Shown in pieces: positions 20,821 through 30,853 of a stretch of DNA of 64,000 nt (position 1 is its first letter; each line of letters opens with the position of its first letter). A model generated the notes under the pieces. It was not told where the DNA came from. It saw only the letters and a program-made list of their open reading frames with translations, and did no database searches. Both the position numbers and the translations under genes were made by a program. Origin of the DNA: Devosia sp. Its GTDB lineage: Bacteria; Pseudomonadota; Alphaproteobacteria; Rhizobiales; Devosiaceae. The DNA lies in assembly GCA_030680995.1 (NCBI GenBank), contig JAUXUM010000082.1, forward strand, positions 1,392 through 65,391. Reading direction: 5' to 3'.

Positions 20821-21644
20821 GGACTATCCTGATCGTGGCGCGCAAGGAAATTCAGGAAGGCCTGCGCAACCGCTGGGTTCTCGCCACGACCCTGCTGCTT
20901 GCCGCGCTGGCGCTGACACTTACATTCCTCGGCAGCGCGCCGACGGGCAATGTCGGCGCTGGAGCGCTGGATGTGGTGATTGTCAGCCTGTCCAGCCTCA
21001 CGATCTTTCTGGTGCCGCTGATCGCTCTCCTGATCTCGCACGACGCCATCGTCGGCGAGATGGAGCGCGGCACCATGCTCCTGCTTCTCAGCTATCCCGT
21101 CGGCCGTTGGCAGGTGATCTTCGGCAAATTCGCGGGGCATCTGGCGATCCTGGCCTTCGCCACGCTTCTCGGTTATGGCGCGTCCGCGGCCGTATTGGCG
21201 GCGACCGGGGTTTCGATAGATGCGGCGACCTGGTCGGCGTTCCTGTCCATGATCCTGTCCTCGGTCATGCTCGGCGCCGTATTCATCGCCATCGGCTATC
21301 TGGTGAGCGCGCTGGTCGCCGAGCGCGGCACCGCCGGCGGAATCGCGATCGGAATATGGCTGTTTTTCGTGCTCATCTACGATATGGCGCTGCTCGGCAT
21401 ACTGGTCGTCGATCAGGGCCGGACGGTGACAGGCGACATGCTGAATGTTCTCCTGCTGCTCAATCCGGCCGACGCCTACCGGCTGCTGAACCTCGGTTCG
21501 GGAAGCGTCGGCTCGCTTTCCGGCATGGGCGGCATCGCCGCGAATGCGGCGCTGAGCCCGGCCATGCTGATTGCCGCGCTCGCCGCGTGGGCGCTCGCGC
21601 CCCTGGCGGCGGCGACCCTGGTGTTTTCAAGGAGAGAATTATGA
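20817..21644 (+). CDS. nosY: NosY, ABC-2 type permease
   Basis: 275 aa six-TM-like ORF that overlaps the nosF stop. Confidence 0.9.
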   Translation: MRTILIVARKEIQEGLRNRWVLATTLLLAALALTLTFLGSAPTGNVGAGALDVVIVSLSSLTIFLVPLIALLISHDAIVGEMERGTMLLLLSYPVGRWQVIFGKFAGHLAILAFATLLGYGASAAVLAATGVSIDAATWSAFLSMILSSVMLGAVFIAIGYLVSALVAERGTAGGIAIGIWLFFVLIYDMALLGILVVDQGRTVTGDMLNVLLLLNPADAYRLLNLGSGSVGSLSGMGGIAANAALSPAMLIAALAAWALAPLAAATLVFSRREL

Positions 21645-22195
21645 GGCCGGCGGCCATCGTGGCATATTTGGTGGCTGCCCTGATTCTTGGCGGCTGCGGC
21701 GGTGGAGAACGGGCGCAGACGCCCGGACCTTTTGCGCTGACGGAGAGCGCCATCGGCCGCTATTGCGGGATGAATGTGCTGGAGCATCCGGGGCCGAAAG
21801 GGCAGATCATTCTCAGCCGGGCACAGGAACCGATCTGGTTCTCCTCGGCGCGCGACGCGGTCGCCTTCACCATGCTGCCGGAGGAGCCGAAGAATTTGGC
21901 GGCGGTCTATGTCTCGGACATGGCCAAGGCCCCGAGCTGGGAGGAGCCGGGAGCGGAGAACTGGATCGACGCCACGCAGGCGTTCTTTGTGATTGGCAGT
22001 TCCATGCGGGGCGGGATGGGCGCGGCGGAGACGGTTCCCTTTTCAACGGAAACCGCCGCCAGAAGTTTTGCGGACGAAAATGGCGGCGAGGTCGTCGGCT
22101 TTGCCGAAATCCCCCGCGACTATGTGCTCGGAAGCACGCCGGACAATTTCAGTCCGGGCGAAGAATCCACGCCGTCCGCCAGCGGCATGAACTGA
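21641..22195 (+). CDS. nosL: NosL, copper-chaperone lipoprotein
   Basis: MRPAAIVAYLVAALILGGC lipobox and the GRYCGMNV motif. Internal start within the long track ORF 20729-22195, preceded by GGAGA. Confidence 0.85.
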   Translation: MRPAAIVAYLVAALILGGCGGGERAQTPGPFALTESAIGRYCGMNVLEHPGPKGQIILSRAQEPIWFSSARDAVAFTMLPEEPKNLAAVYVSDMAKAPSWEEPGAENWIDATQAFFVIGSSMRGGMGAAETVPFSTETAARSFADENGGEVVGFAEIPRDYVLGSTPDNFSPGEESTPSASGMN

Positions 22196-22206
22196 GGGGG
22201 AGTATC

Positions 22207-23205
22207 ATGGCTCAACCCCTGAACCGCCGCCGTGTGATCGGAATAACCGCCGCCGCCGCCGGTCTGAGCCTGCTGCCTTTCGGGCGCGAAAGCACCGGCG
22301 AAGCGCTTGCCGTCACGTGGCGGGGACAGGCGCTGGGAGCACAGGCGACTCTTCTGATCCACCATGACGACCGGGCGCTGGCGCTGAGTCTTGTCGAAGG
22401 GGTCACGGCCGAAGTCCGGCGTCTGGAGCGAATCTTCAGCCTTTACCGCGACGATTCCGATTTGGTTTCGTTGAACCGACGGCACGCGATTGCCGCTCCG
22501 CCAATCGAACTGGTGGAGCTCCTGCAGAAATGTCGTTCTTTGTGGGAACTGACCGGCGGCGCCTTCGATCCGACCGTCCAGCCGCTGTGGACAATCTACC
22601 AAAGGCACTTCTCTGATCCTGATGCCGACCCGGCGGGACCTTCCCCACGCCTTCTTCGCGATACCCTGGATCGGGTTGGTTTCGATGGGGTCTTGTCCAG
22701 TAGGGACCGGGTCGAATTCCTACGGCCCGGAATGGCCTTGACGCTAAACGGCATAGCCCAAGGCTACATTACCGATCGAATTGTGGAACTGTTGAGGGCG
22801 GGGGGCATAGATCGCTGCCTCGTGGACATGGGTGAAACCCGCGCTGTCGGCTCGCGTCCGGATGGTCGCGAATGGCGGGTAGCGATCGCCGACCCGAATG
22901 AACCCGGCCGTGATCTCGCGGTTCTGGATGTCGTGGATCGCGCGGTGGCGACCTCCACTCCCTACGGATTCAGATTTGACCGGAAGGGTCGGTTCAATCA
23001 TCTCGTCGATCCGCGCAGTGGCCAGACGTCGCATCGCTACGAGAGCGTCACGGTGGTCGCTTCGGATGCCGCCGATGCCGACGCCCTGGCAACCGCCTTC
23101 AGCCTTATGGATACCGGCGCCATCGCGAAAATCGTTGCAATGCTCGGAAAAATGGAAGTCTACCTCGCGCCATACTCGGGAGAGCATTTGGTGCTGCGCT
23201 CGTGA
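22207..23205 (+). CDS. nosX: NosX / ApbE-family FAD:protein FMN transferase (Tat signal)
   Basis: MAQPLNRRRVIGITAAAAGLSLLP Tat-like leader plus ApbE-like motifs (FDPTVQPLW, LNGIAQGY). Last gene of the nos cluster. Confidence 0.85.
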   Translation: MAQPLNRRRVIGITAAAAGLSLLPFGRESTGEALAVTWRGQALGAQATLLIHHDDRALALSLVEGVTAEVRRLERIFSLYRDDSDLVSLNRRHAIAAPPIELVELLQKCRSLWELTGGAFDPTVQPLWTIYQRHFSDPDADPAGPSPRLLRDTLDRVGFDGVLSSRDRVEFLRPGMALTLNGIAQGYITDRIVELLRAGGIDRCLVDMGETRAVGSRPDGREWRVAIADPNEPGRDLAVLDVVDRAVATSTPYGFRFDRKGRFNHLVDPRSGQTSHRYESVTVVASDAADADALATAFSLMDTGAIAKIVAMLGKMEVYLAPYSGEHLVLRS

Positions 23206-23291
23206 CCCGTATGTTTCGGGAAGGAACGAACCGATACGCGCTACGCGATGGGAGGCCGGGGCAATTGCAGACAGGATCCCCCGGATCCGGG

Positions 23292-24542
23292 TTATCCGGC
23301 TATTGCTGCGTTGCTCGCCAGGAGCACCGCGATCTCCGAATCCGAAAGTCCGGCTTCGCGCAACACTTCGAGAGTATGCGCGCCATAGGCTGGAGCAGGC
23401 CGGAGAGCAGGTTGCGGGTCGTCGGAAAAGCGGATGGCGGGCGCCACCGTGGTATATTCGCCTCCCAGCGGATGGCGGATCCGAGCCAGGTATGACTGGG
23501 TCTGCGGATGCGCGAGGAACGCATCGTAGTCCAGGACGATGCCGCACCAGATGCCCCTTTCGGTTAGGATCGTATCCCAGTGCGCAACGACTTTCGTCGC
23601 CAGCCTGGCGGCGATGGCGTCGTATATTGCATCGCGCCACCGGCCGAGCGCCGCGACATCGGCCTGCGCCGGACGCGAGGCCTTCAGCGTCGCGAGCTCC
23701 GGCACGCCAATGATCTCGCCGATCACCGCGATGTCGCCCTGGGCCAAGGCAATATGGCCGGTCTTGCCGGCATAGATGCCATAGGGCGGCTCCATCCAGA
23801 TCGAGGCGGCCGGGCTCCCGGAACGCCTCGGTGCCGCGTCGGTCGCCATGTGCGAGGTGAGTTCCTGGATCTGCATCTCCATGATCGCGGCGATCATCGA
23901 GACCTTGACCTCCTGGCCCTTGCCGGTCCGGCCGCGTGCCACCAGCGCCGCAAGGATACCCTCGCAGGCGAGGTGCGAGGCGGAGGTGTCGACCATGTAG
24001 AGCGGCGATGGGTGCGGCAGGCCCGAGGCGCTGCCGGCATTCATGGTGAGGCCGGTAAAGCTTTGCAGCAGCAGGTCCTGCCCCGGCCTGTCCTGCAGCG
24101 GGCCCTCGTCGCCGTAGCCACTGATCGCGCACCAGACCAGTGCCGGATTGATCGCCTTGAGCATCTGATAGTCGATGCCGAGCTTGCCGGCGACGCGTGG
24201 ACGGAAGTTCTGGATCAGCACGTCGGCATCCCTGGCCAACCTTTACAGCACCTCGCGTCCGGCAACCGACTTGAGGTCGAGGATCACCGAGCGCTTGTTG
24301 CGGTTGAGCGTGACGAAGCAGGTGGAATCGCCGAACCTGGTTATCCCCGCCATCGGCGACTTGCGCGAAAAATCGCCGCCGCCCGGCGCCTCGATCTTGA
24401 TGATCTCGGCCCCCATCTCACCCATCCGCTGCGTGCAGAGGGGCCCCGCCATGGCGATCGTCAAATCCAGCACGCGGATGCCGGCGAGCGGACCGTGGCC
24501 AGTCTTTGAGATGCGGTTCATATTCTGTTGGTTTCCGTTCAT
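23292..24542 (-). pseudogene. family III (CaiB/BaiF) CoA-transferase interrupted by an in-frame TAA
   Basis: Track ORFs 24243-24971 and 23292-24239 are in the same frame. The read-through is ...KSVAGREVL*RLARDADVLIQNFRPRVAGKLGIDY, with the stop at 24243-24245. The N-terminus GPLAGIRVLDLT is typical of the family. Confidence 0.75.
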
Positions 24543-25330
24543 CAGCGCCCGCGGAACACCGGCTCGCGCTTCTCGCCGAAGGCCCGGATACCCTCGGCCG
24601 CATCCTCGGTGGACATGCAGAAGGTGTAGCCGTCGTTCTCCCAGGCGAGTCCTTGGGCAATCGAGGTCCCCTGACTCTGCCGGATAATGTTTTTGGCCGA
24701 TTGCACCGCGATTGGCGGGTTCCTGGCCAGCCGCTCTGCGATCGCATTTACCCGCGGCCACAGGTCTTCGACGCCGACCAAATCCTGAACGAAACCAACG
24801 CGATGCGCCTCGGTCGCCGGGAAAATGTCGCCGGTCAGGATCCAGCGCGCCGCGTTGCCGTAGCCGATCAGCCGCGGCAGGATCGAGGTATTGCCGGACC
24901 CTGCGTGCCAGCCGCGCCGGACCTCGGGAGCCCCGAAGCTCGAGCGTTCCGTAGCCACGCGGATGTCGCACGCCATCGCCACCTCCAGCCCGCCGCCGAG
25001 GCAGTATCCATCGATCGCTGCGATCGCCGGCTTCCTGAGTTTCAGGAGCGGGGCAATGTAGTCCCGGTCGTACTCGGCACGGTTACGCTGCTCCCACGGC
25101 TCCCCGAGGTCGTCGAGCGCATTGACGTCGCTGCCGGCTGAGAAGGCTCGCCCTCCTGCTCCTGAGACGACCAGCACCTTGATATCGTCTCGTAAGTCGA
25201 CTTCACGGCAAATGCGAACGAACTCACCGCCCATCGCCGCGGTGATGGCGTTCAGCTTCTTGGGCCGGTTCATCGTGAGTTGCGCGACGCCGTTTTCGAC
25301 GGTGTAGAGAATGTGCGGTTCTTCGGTCAT
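24542..25330 (-). CDS. enoyl-CoA hydratase/isomerase (crotonase) family
   Basis: From MTEEPHILYTVENGVAQLTMNRPKKLNA, with later GGG..A..CD and FGAPEV motifs. ATGA overlaps on both sides. Confidence 0.85.
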   Translation of the reverse strand: MTEEPHILYTVENGVAQLTMNRPKKLNAITAAMGGEFVRICREVDLRDDIKVLVVSGAGGRAFSAGSDVNALDDLGEPWEQRNRAEYDRDYIAPLLKLRKPAIAAIDGYCLGGGLEVAMACDIRVATERSSFGAPEVRRGWHAGSGNTSILPRLIGYGNAARWILTGDIFPATEAHRVGFVQDLVGVEDLWPRVNAIAERLARNPPIAVQSAKNIIRQSQGTSIAQGLAWENDGYTFCMSTEDAAEGIRAFGEKREPVFRGR

Positions 25331-26271
25331 TTGGATCGGGTCCGTGGCCTTGGTCGGGGTTTTGATGTTTCGGGAAGCATTGCATGATCGAGAGTGAGGG
25401 TGACAGCCCATCGCTTCGCGCCTCCGGGGGCAAGCATCAGTGCGGTGCCGTTGGCGATGGCTCCGCCCAGATCATCGACCGGAGCGGTGGTCGGCTCGAT
25501 GGCGATATGGCGCACCGCGCCGGGCTCTGGCCAGCCGCCATAGTTGAGCCACAGCCCGACATGGGCGAGCTCGTCCGCGTTCCATGCGATGGTAAGATAG
25601 CCGCCATCATTGCCTACCGATGCGCTCGCGATCCCCACATCGCTGGCATAGAGTTTCGCGGCAAACTGCTCGGCGACCGGATGGACGGCGTCCAGCCCGA
25701 TCGGCATGCCCGGTCCGGGACCGGGCCAGCGGAAATTGCCGATCGGAAGCGACCGTCCGCCATGCGCGAGATACGTCGCGTCGACGCCCTTGAGCGAAGG
25801 CAGGACGATGCGGTCATCGGGGGTCACGCGCAGCAGCGCATGTAGCGCCCACATGGCGGGCAGGCCGGCGGCACCGCGATTTTCGACTTCGTATTCCGCA
25901 TTGAGCACAGTGCCGCGCAACGCGAGCCGGCGCCTGAAGCTGAACTCCCCCGTCTCGTAGGCCGTCGCAAGTGCGGACAAACTTGCGCCCTCGACAGCCC
26001 AGGGGCGGCCCCACAAGTCACCGTGGTCCCGCAGGACGCGCGCCCATGCGGTGCCCGTTGCATCCCAGGGCGCCACGGTCGGGAAGCACTCGTCCCAACC
26101 GACCGCTTCGTCTGCGAGATAGACCGCGTCTTCGCCGGTGGCAGGGCTCTCGCCTCCCGGCGCGATCCAGTCGCGGCCTGTCGCTTTGTCCACGAGGCTC
26201 GTGACGCGCGCGCCATAGGCCGGGTTGACGCCGACCCGCATCGCCTCATTTTCGAGCCAGACGACCGTCAC
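25327..26271 (-). CDS. aldose-1-epimerase-superfamily (mutarotase-like) protein
   Basis: The GTG at 26271 overlaps the TGA of the upstream permease (GTGA). The alternative ATG is at 26241. Sequence is beta-sandwich-like; the family call comes from recalled patterns. Confidence 0.45.
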   Translation of the reverse strand: MTVVWLENEAMRVGVNPAYGARVTSLVDKATGRDWIAPGGESPATGEDAVYLADEAVGWDECFPTVAPWDATGTAWARVLRDHGDLWGRPWAVEGASLSALATAYETGEFSFRRRLALRGTVLNAEYEVENRGAAGLPAMWALHALLRVTPDDRIVLPSLKGVDATYLAHGGRSLPIGNFRWPGPGPGMPIGLDAVHPVAEQFAAKLYASDVGIASASVGNDGGYLTIAWNADELAHVGLWLNYGGWPEPGAVRHIAIEPTTAPVDDLGGAIANGTALMLAPGGAKRWAVTLTLDHAMLPETSKPRPRPRTRSK

Positions 26272-27335
26272 GGCGCGATTCCCCGGTGTCCGCCCGCCGC
26301 AAGGGCCTGCGCCCTTTCGGAACGGGCCATGCGCCATTGCCCGATGGCCACGGCGACCACCAGCAGGAAACCCTTGGCGACCAACTGGTAGAATGTCGGA
26401 ATACCCAGAAGATTCATGCCGTTGCTCAGCGTTGCCAGCAACACCACGGCCAGCATGGTGCCAAAAATTGTGCCTTTGCCGCCGGCAAGGATGGCGCCGC
26501 CGAGGAACACCGCCGTTATGGCCTCGAGTTCGAGGCCCTGGGTACCCGAGGCCGGCTGGCCCGAACTGGTGCGCGCGGTGACCAGCACGCCAGCCAGACC
26601 TGCAAGCGCCCCGGATATGGTGAAGATGTAGAATTTCATCCTGGTGAGGTTGATGCCGGCGAGGCGCGCCGCCGCCGGGTTGCCACCCATCGAATAGACC
26701 GAACGCCCGAACACGGTGGAACTCATCACGAAATGGCCGATGAAGGCAATGACAAGGAGCAGTATCAGCGAGATCGGAATTCCTGGAAAGCCAGCCGTCT
26801 CGAACACGCGGCCCGAACCGAGCAGCGCGAAGTTCTGGTCCAGCACGCCGATCGGACGGCCTTCGGGCGCGATCAGGAAGGCGAGCCCGCGATAGGCGGA
26901 AAGCGCGGCGAGTGTCGCCACCACCGCATTGACCCTGAGATAGGAAATGATCGCCGCATTGACCACGCCGAGCGCCGCGCCGGCCAGGATGCCGGCGAAG
27001 ATGCCGCCGGCGACGGTTCCGGCATAGGTCACCAGAATGGCCGAGACCACCGAAGCGACTCCGGCGATCGAGCCGACGGAAATGTCCAGTGCTCCGGAGA
27101 CAATGACAATGGTCATGCCGACCCCGAGCAACCCGACAACAGACAGGTTCATGCCGATATTCATCAGATTCCGGGGCGCGAAGAAGAAAGGCGTCTGGCT
27201 GGCGATCAGCGCCACGAGCAGGATCAGCGCGATGATCAGCGACAGGTTCTCGGCGCCAACGAAGCGGGTCATTGCCTTCAGTGGGCTGCCACCGCGCCCC
27301 GCCACGGCCTTGGATTGGGAGATACTTTTCATCAC
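26268..27335 (-). CDS. sugar ABC transporter permease (CUT2)
   Basis: 355 aa hydrophobic RbsC-like ORF. Confidence 0.8.
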   Translation of the reverse strand: MMKSISQSKAVAGRGGSPLKAMTRFVGAENLSLIIALILLVALIASQTPFFFAPRNLMNIGMNLSVVGLLGVGMTIVIVSGALDISVGSIAGVASVVSAILVTYAGTVAGGIFAGILAGAALGVVNAAIISYLRVNAVVATLAALSAYRGLAFLIAPEGRPIGVLDQNFALLGSGRVFETAGFPGIPISLILLLVIAFIGHFVMSSTVFGRSVYSMGGNPAAARLAGINLTRMKFYIFTISGALAGLAGVLVTARTSSGQPASGTQGLELEAITAVFLGGAILAGGKGTIFGTMLAVVLLATLSNGMNLLGIPTFYQLVAKGFLLVVAVAIGQWRMARSERAQALAAGGHRGIAP

Positions 27336-27358
27336 ACACCCCGAGGAGAATTGCCAAG

Positions 27359-28858
27359 CTATGCGGCGTGTTGGCCAATCGCGAAGCTGAGGATGCGTTC
27401 TTCCGACGCGTCCAGCTTCTCGATCGGGCTCGAAATGGCGCCGCCTTGCATGACGACGATGCGATCCGCGAGGGCCAGCAGTTCCGGCATCTCGGAAGAG
27501 ATCAGCATGATGGCGATACCGCTCTTGGCCAGATTGTCGATCAGCCGGTAGATCTCAGCCTTGGCGCCCACGTCGACCGCCCGGGTCGGCTCGTCGAGGA
27601 TCAGCACCTTCGGCTTGGCGGCGAGCCAGCGTGCCAGCACCACCTTCTGCTGGTTGCCGCCCGAAAGTTTTCCGACCTCCTGCTCGAGCGAAGGTGTCTT
27701 GATCTCGAGGCTCGCGATCAACGGCGAAACCATATCGATCATCATCTTCGAGCGCAGCACGCCCCAGCGGCTAAGCGAGGAAAAGACGGCCATCGAGGCG
27801 TTCTCGATCACCGAGCGCACAAGGATGAGGCCCTCGCCCTTTCGGTCCTCGGGGGCAAAGCCGATATTGGCGCGGATGGCGTCGGACGGCGACTTGATGT
27901 TGACCGGTATGCCGCCAACGCGCACCTCCCCGCTTCGCTTCGGCAAATCACCGAAGATCACCTTGGCAAGTTCGGTGCGCCCCGCGCCGACGAGGCCGGC
28001 GAAGCCGAGAATCTCGCCCGCACGGATCGTGAAGCTGATGTTCCGGTGCCAGCGGCTCGACAGGTCGCTAACCTCAAGCGCTGCGTCGCTGCGGGTCGTC
28101 TCCTGACGGACGAAGCCATAGGAGAGATCGCGACCGACCATCATACGCACCACATCATCCGGCGCGGTGGCAGCGGTCTCGGTGACCCCAACCAAGCGCC
28201 CGTCGCGCAGGATAACGATGCGATCGGAAATCGCCATCACCTCATGCAGACGATGCGTTACGTAGATCACGCCAAGGCCGCGAGCGCGGAGACCGCGGAC
28301 GAGCTTGAAGAGCCGTTGGGTCTCGTCGGCAGTGAGCGAGGAGGTCGGCTCGTCGAAGGCGATTACCTTGACGCCAGGCTTCAACGCCCTTGCAATCTCT
28401 ACAATATGACGCTGCGCCGGCGACAGGCTGTCGCCGCTGGCGTTGAGATCGAGGAGGCCGGCAAAGCCGCATTCCTCGAGCAACGCCTTGGCATCCGCGC
28501 GCAATTTTTCGAAGTCCACGACCCCGCGCTTCTGTGGCAGTTCACCAACGTAGATGTTCTCGGCGGCGCTCACATGCGGGACGATCTCCGGTTCCTGGCG
28601 AACGAGGCGGAAACCGGCCTTGCGGGCTTGACTGGGATCGACGTGGCTGACTTCCTGCCCATCCAGCAGCACTGTACCTTCGTCGAGGCGGTAGTCGCCG
28701 GCGAGAATTTTGAGCAATGTCGACTTGCCGGCGCCATTTTCGCCCACAAAAGCCATGACTTCGCCGCGGCGCACACCGAAGCTCAGGTCGGCAAGGGCGC
28801 GTACATTCGGAAACGCCTTGCCGACGCCAAGGATTTCAAGAATAGGTGTGTCGCTCAT
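27359..28858 (-). CDS. sugar ABC transporter ATP-binding protein (double NBD)
   Basis: GENGAGKST, LSGGNQQK, LILDEPT. Confidence 0.85.
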   Translation of the reverse strand: MSDTPILEILGVGKAFPNVRALADLSFGVRRGEVMAFVGENGAGKSTLLKILAGDYRLDEGTVLLDGQEVSHVDPSQARKAGFRLVRQEPEIVPHVSAAENIYVGELPQKRGVVDFEKLRADAKALLEECGFAGLLDLNASGDSLSPAQRHIVEIARALKPGVKVIAFDEPTSSLTADETQRLFKLVRGLRARGLGVIYVTHRLHEVMAISDRIVILRDGRLVGVTETAATAPDDVVRMMVGRDLSYGFVRQETTRSDAALEVSDLSSRWHRNISFTIRAGEILGFAGLVGAGRTELAKVIFGDLPKRSGEVRVGGIPVNIKSPSDAIRANIGFAPEDRKGEGLILVRSVIENASMAVFSSLSRWGVLRSKMMIDMVSPLIASLEIKTPSLEQEVGKLSGGNQQKVVLARWLAAKPKVLILDEPTRAVDVGAKAEIYRLIDNLAKSGIAIMLISSEMPELLALADRIVVMQGGAISSPIEKLDASEERILSFAIGQHAA

Positions 28859-28929
28859 GGCCCTGGATTTCCGGGTTTGGAACTGGGACGGACTGTCAGG
28901 AGATCGGCCCGTCCCTTGCGATCATGCCC

Positions 28930-29910
28930 TTAGGTGCAGGGCATGCTGTCCTTGTAGTTGCTCGGATCGACGATCGAGGTGTTGGCCACGGTGTTCGGCG
29001 GCAAGGGCGCGCCGGTTTCGATCGAGTTGATCAGGGCACGCGCGGCGGCGTCGCCCACGTCGATGCCGCTGATGTAGAGCGCGGCCTTGAATCCGGTCGG
29101 CTGGCCGGCGGCCCATGGACGGCAGGCTTCATAGGCGCCGAGACCCACGGCGATGATGTCGTCCGGCGAGAAGCCGGCATTGGCGAGGGCGTTCACCGTA
29201 CCGAGCGCGCCTTCGTCGTTGCAGGCGAACACCACCCACTTTTCGACGTCCGGATGCGCGGTGATGACCGGGCCGGCCGCTTCGAGCGAGGCATTGGTGG
29301 TGCCATCATAGGCCACCGGGAAGATCTTGGCCGCGTCGGCCCCGGCCTTGGCGACTTCGTCACGCGAGGCGTCGGTACGGTCGTTGCAGACCGAGAGGGT
29401 CTGTACTTCGACCGACAGGATGCCGTAATTGCCACCATCGAGCCAGCCCGAGGCCTTGAGCAGGTCCGCGGCGGCGATGCCGACCTTGGTGCCCATGTCC
29501 TTGCCGTCGAAGCCGACATAAGGAACCGCATTGCCGGCACCATCCCTGAGCGAGTCGTCGGTGGCGACGAGCAGCACATTGGCGTCAGCCGCGACCTTGG
29601 TGACGGCCGGCCCGATCGCCTGGTCCGGGGCGGTAATGCCGATGCCCTTGGCGCCCGAGGCGATGGCGTCGGTGATGGCGCTGATGGCGAGATTGGCGTC
29701 GAGTTCGACGTTGATGATCTTGGACTGGTAGCCGAGTTCCTTGGCGGCCTTGGCGAAGCCGGCGGCTTCATCGATAAAATACTGCTGCGTGCCGCTCTTG
29801 TAGATGCCGACGATCAGCTTGTCCTGGGCGAGGGCGGAGTTTGCGAAAACTGCGCCGATCAGGCCCACGGCCACGATCGAGTGGCCGAGCAGGCGGGTCA
29901 TTTTGGTCAT
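28930..29910 (-). CDS. periplasmic sugar-binding protein (CUT2)
   Basis: MTKMTRLLGHSIVAVGLIGAVFANSALA signal peptide. GGGAGGA SD before the ATG at 29910. Confidence 0.8.
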   Translation of the reverse strand: MTKMTRLLGHSIVAVGLIGAVFANSALAQDKLIVGIYKSGTQQYFIDEAAGFAKAAKELGYQSKIINVELDANLAISAITDAIASGAKGIGITAPDQAIGPAVTKVAADANVLLVATDDSLRDGAGNAVPYVGFDGKDMGTKVGIAAADLLKASGWLDGGNYGILSVEVQTLSVCNDRTDASRDEVAKAGADAAKIFPVAYDGTTNASLEAAGPVITAHPDVEKWVVFACNDEGALGTVNALANAGFSPDDIIAVGLGAYEACRPWAAGQPTGFKAALYISGIDVGDAAARALINSIETGAPLPPNTVANTSIVDPSNYKDSMPCT

Positions 29911-30006
29911 TTGGTCCTCCCTGACCGATGTAACGTTCATCCGCACGGCCCTTTCGTGCATCGCTGCAAGGGCCTTGTCCGGTTGACGTCAAGGACGATT
30001 ATCTGT

Positions 30007-30020
30007 TTATCATACAAAGT
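30007..30020. promoter_or_regulatory. TTATCATACAAAGT motif, candidate GntR operator (copy 1)
   Basis: Matches 33783-33796 at 13 of 14 positions. Lies in the divergent SBP/SDR promoter region and contains a GT..AC-type GntR core on the reverse strand (TTGTATGATAA). Confidence 0.35.
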
Positions 30021-30065
30021 CAACACATCTGCAATAATCGGGTGCGGGGAATTGAGGAGGGCATT

Positions 30066-30839
30066 TTGAACCGATTGAGAGAGAAGGTCGCCATCGTGAC
30101 AGGCGCGGGCCAGGGCATTGGCGAAGCAATTGCGCGCCGCTTCGCCGACGAGGGAGCCCATGTGGTTGTCGCCGAACTCAATCCGGAGCTTGGCGAGCGT
30201 GTCGCCCGCGACTTGCGCGAAGGCTCCGGCACCGAAGCGATTTTCATCAAGACCGACGTAGCCGACGCCAGGAGTGTCGACGCAATGACGGCAGAGACGG
30301 TCGAACGCCTGGGCCGGCCGGATATCCTGGTCAACAACGCTGGCATCGCCGTTTTCGGCGATCCACTCGAAATCACCGATGGCGACTGGGCGCGGTGCAT
30401 GTCGGTGGACCTGGATGGCGCCTGGTTCTGCTGCCGCGCGGCCCTGCCGCACATGCTGGCAAAGGGCCAGGGCGCGATCGTCAACATCGCCTCCAACCAC
30501 TCCTTCCAGGTCATCCGCAACACCTTCCCCTACCCTGTCGCCAAGCACGGCCTGCTCGGGCTGACCCGGTCCTTGGCGATCGAGTATGCGGACAAGGGAA
30601 TCACCGTGAACGCGATCTCGCCGGGTTACATCGCGACGCCGCTCAACGACCGCCTCTTTGCCGAAAACCTCGATCCAGATGCCCGCGCCAAAGTCGAGGC
30701 CAGGCAGCCGGTCAAGCGACTCGGCAAGCCGGAGGAGATCGCCGCGGTCGCCGCCATGCTGGCCTCCGATGAAGCCCGCTTCATCGTCGGGGCCAATATC
30801 GTCGTCGATGGCGGCGTGACCATCAGGATGTATGAATAA
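30066..30839 (+). CDS. SDR-family oxidoreductase
   Basis: VAIVTGAGQGIG, NNAG, YPVAKHG. TTG at 30066 follows GAGGAGGG; the track start is 30042. Confidence 0.85.
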   Translation: MNRLREKVAIVTGAGQGIGEAIARRFADEGAHVVVAELNPELGERVARDLREGSGTEAIFIKTDVADARSVDAMTAETVERLGRPDILVNNAGIAVFGDPLEITDGDWARCMSVDLDGAWFCCRAALPHMLAKGQGAIVNIASNHSFQVIRNTFPYPVAKHGLLGLTRSLAIEYADKGITVNAISPGYIATPLNDRLFAENLDPDARAKVEARQPVKRLGKPEEIAAVAAMLASDEARFIVGANIVVDGGVTIRMYE

Positions 30840-30853
30840 GCGAGGAGAAGAAA

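Noticed and set aside
20729-23205. Long track ORFs 20729-22195 and 21571-23205 as giant NosL and NosX proteins.
   Set aside because: The upstream parts overlap nosY and nosL in other frames and are Arg/Gly-rich. The lipobox (nosL, ATG 21641) and Tat leader (nosX, ATG 22207) define internal starts with SD sequences.
23274-23288. GGATCC-CCC-GGATCC between the convergent nosX and CoA-transferase genes as a bidirectional terminator.
   Set aside because: It forms only a 6-bp stem with a 3-nt loop and has no flanking T-tract. That is too weak to call.
25327-27378. 683-aa ORF read as a single gene.
   Set aside because: The N-terminal two-thirds is an out-of-frame read across the permease gene 26268-27335. 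The real gene starts at the GTG/ATG at 26271/26241, coupled to the permease stop.
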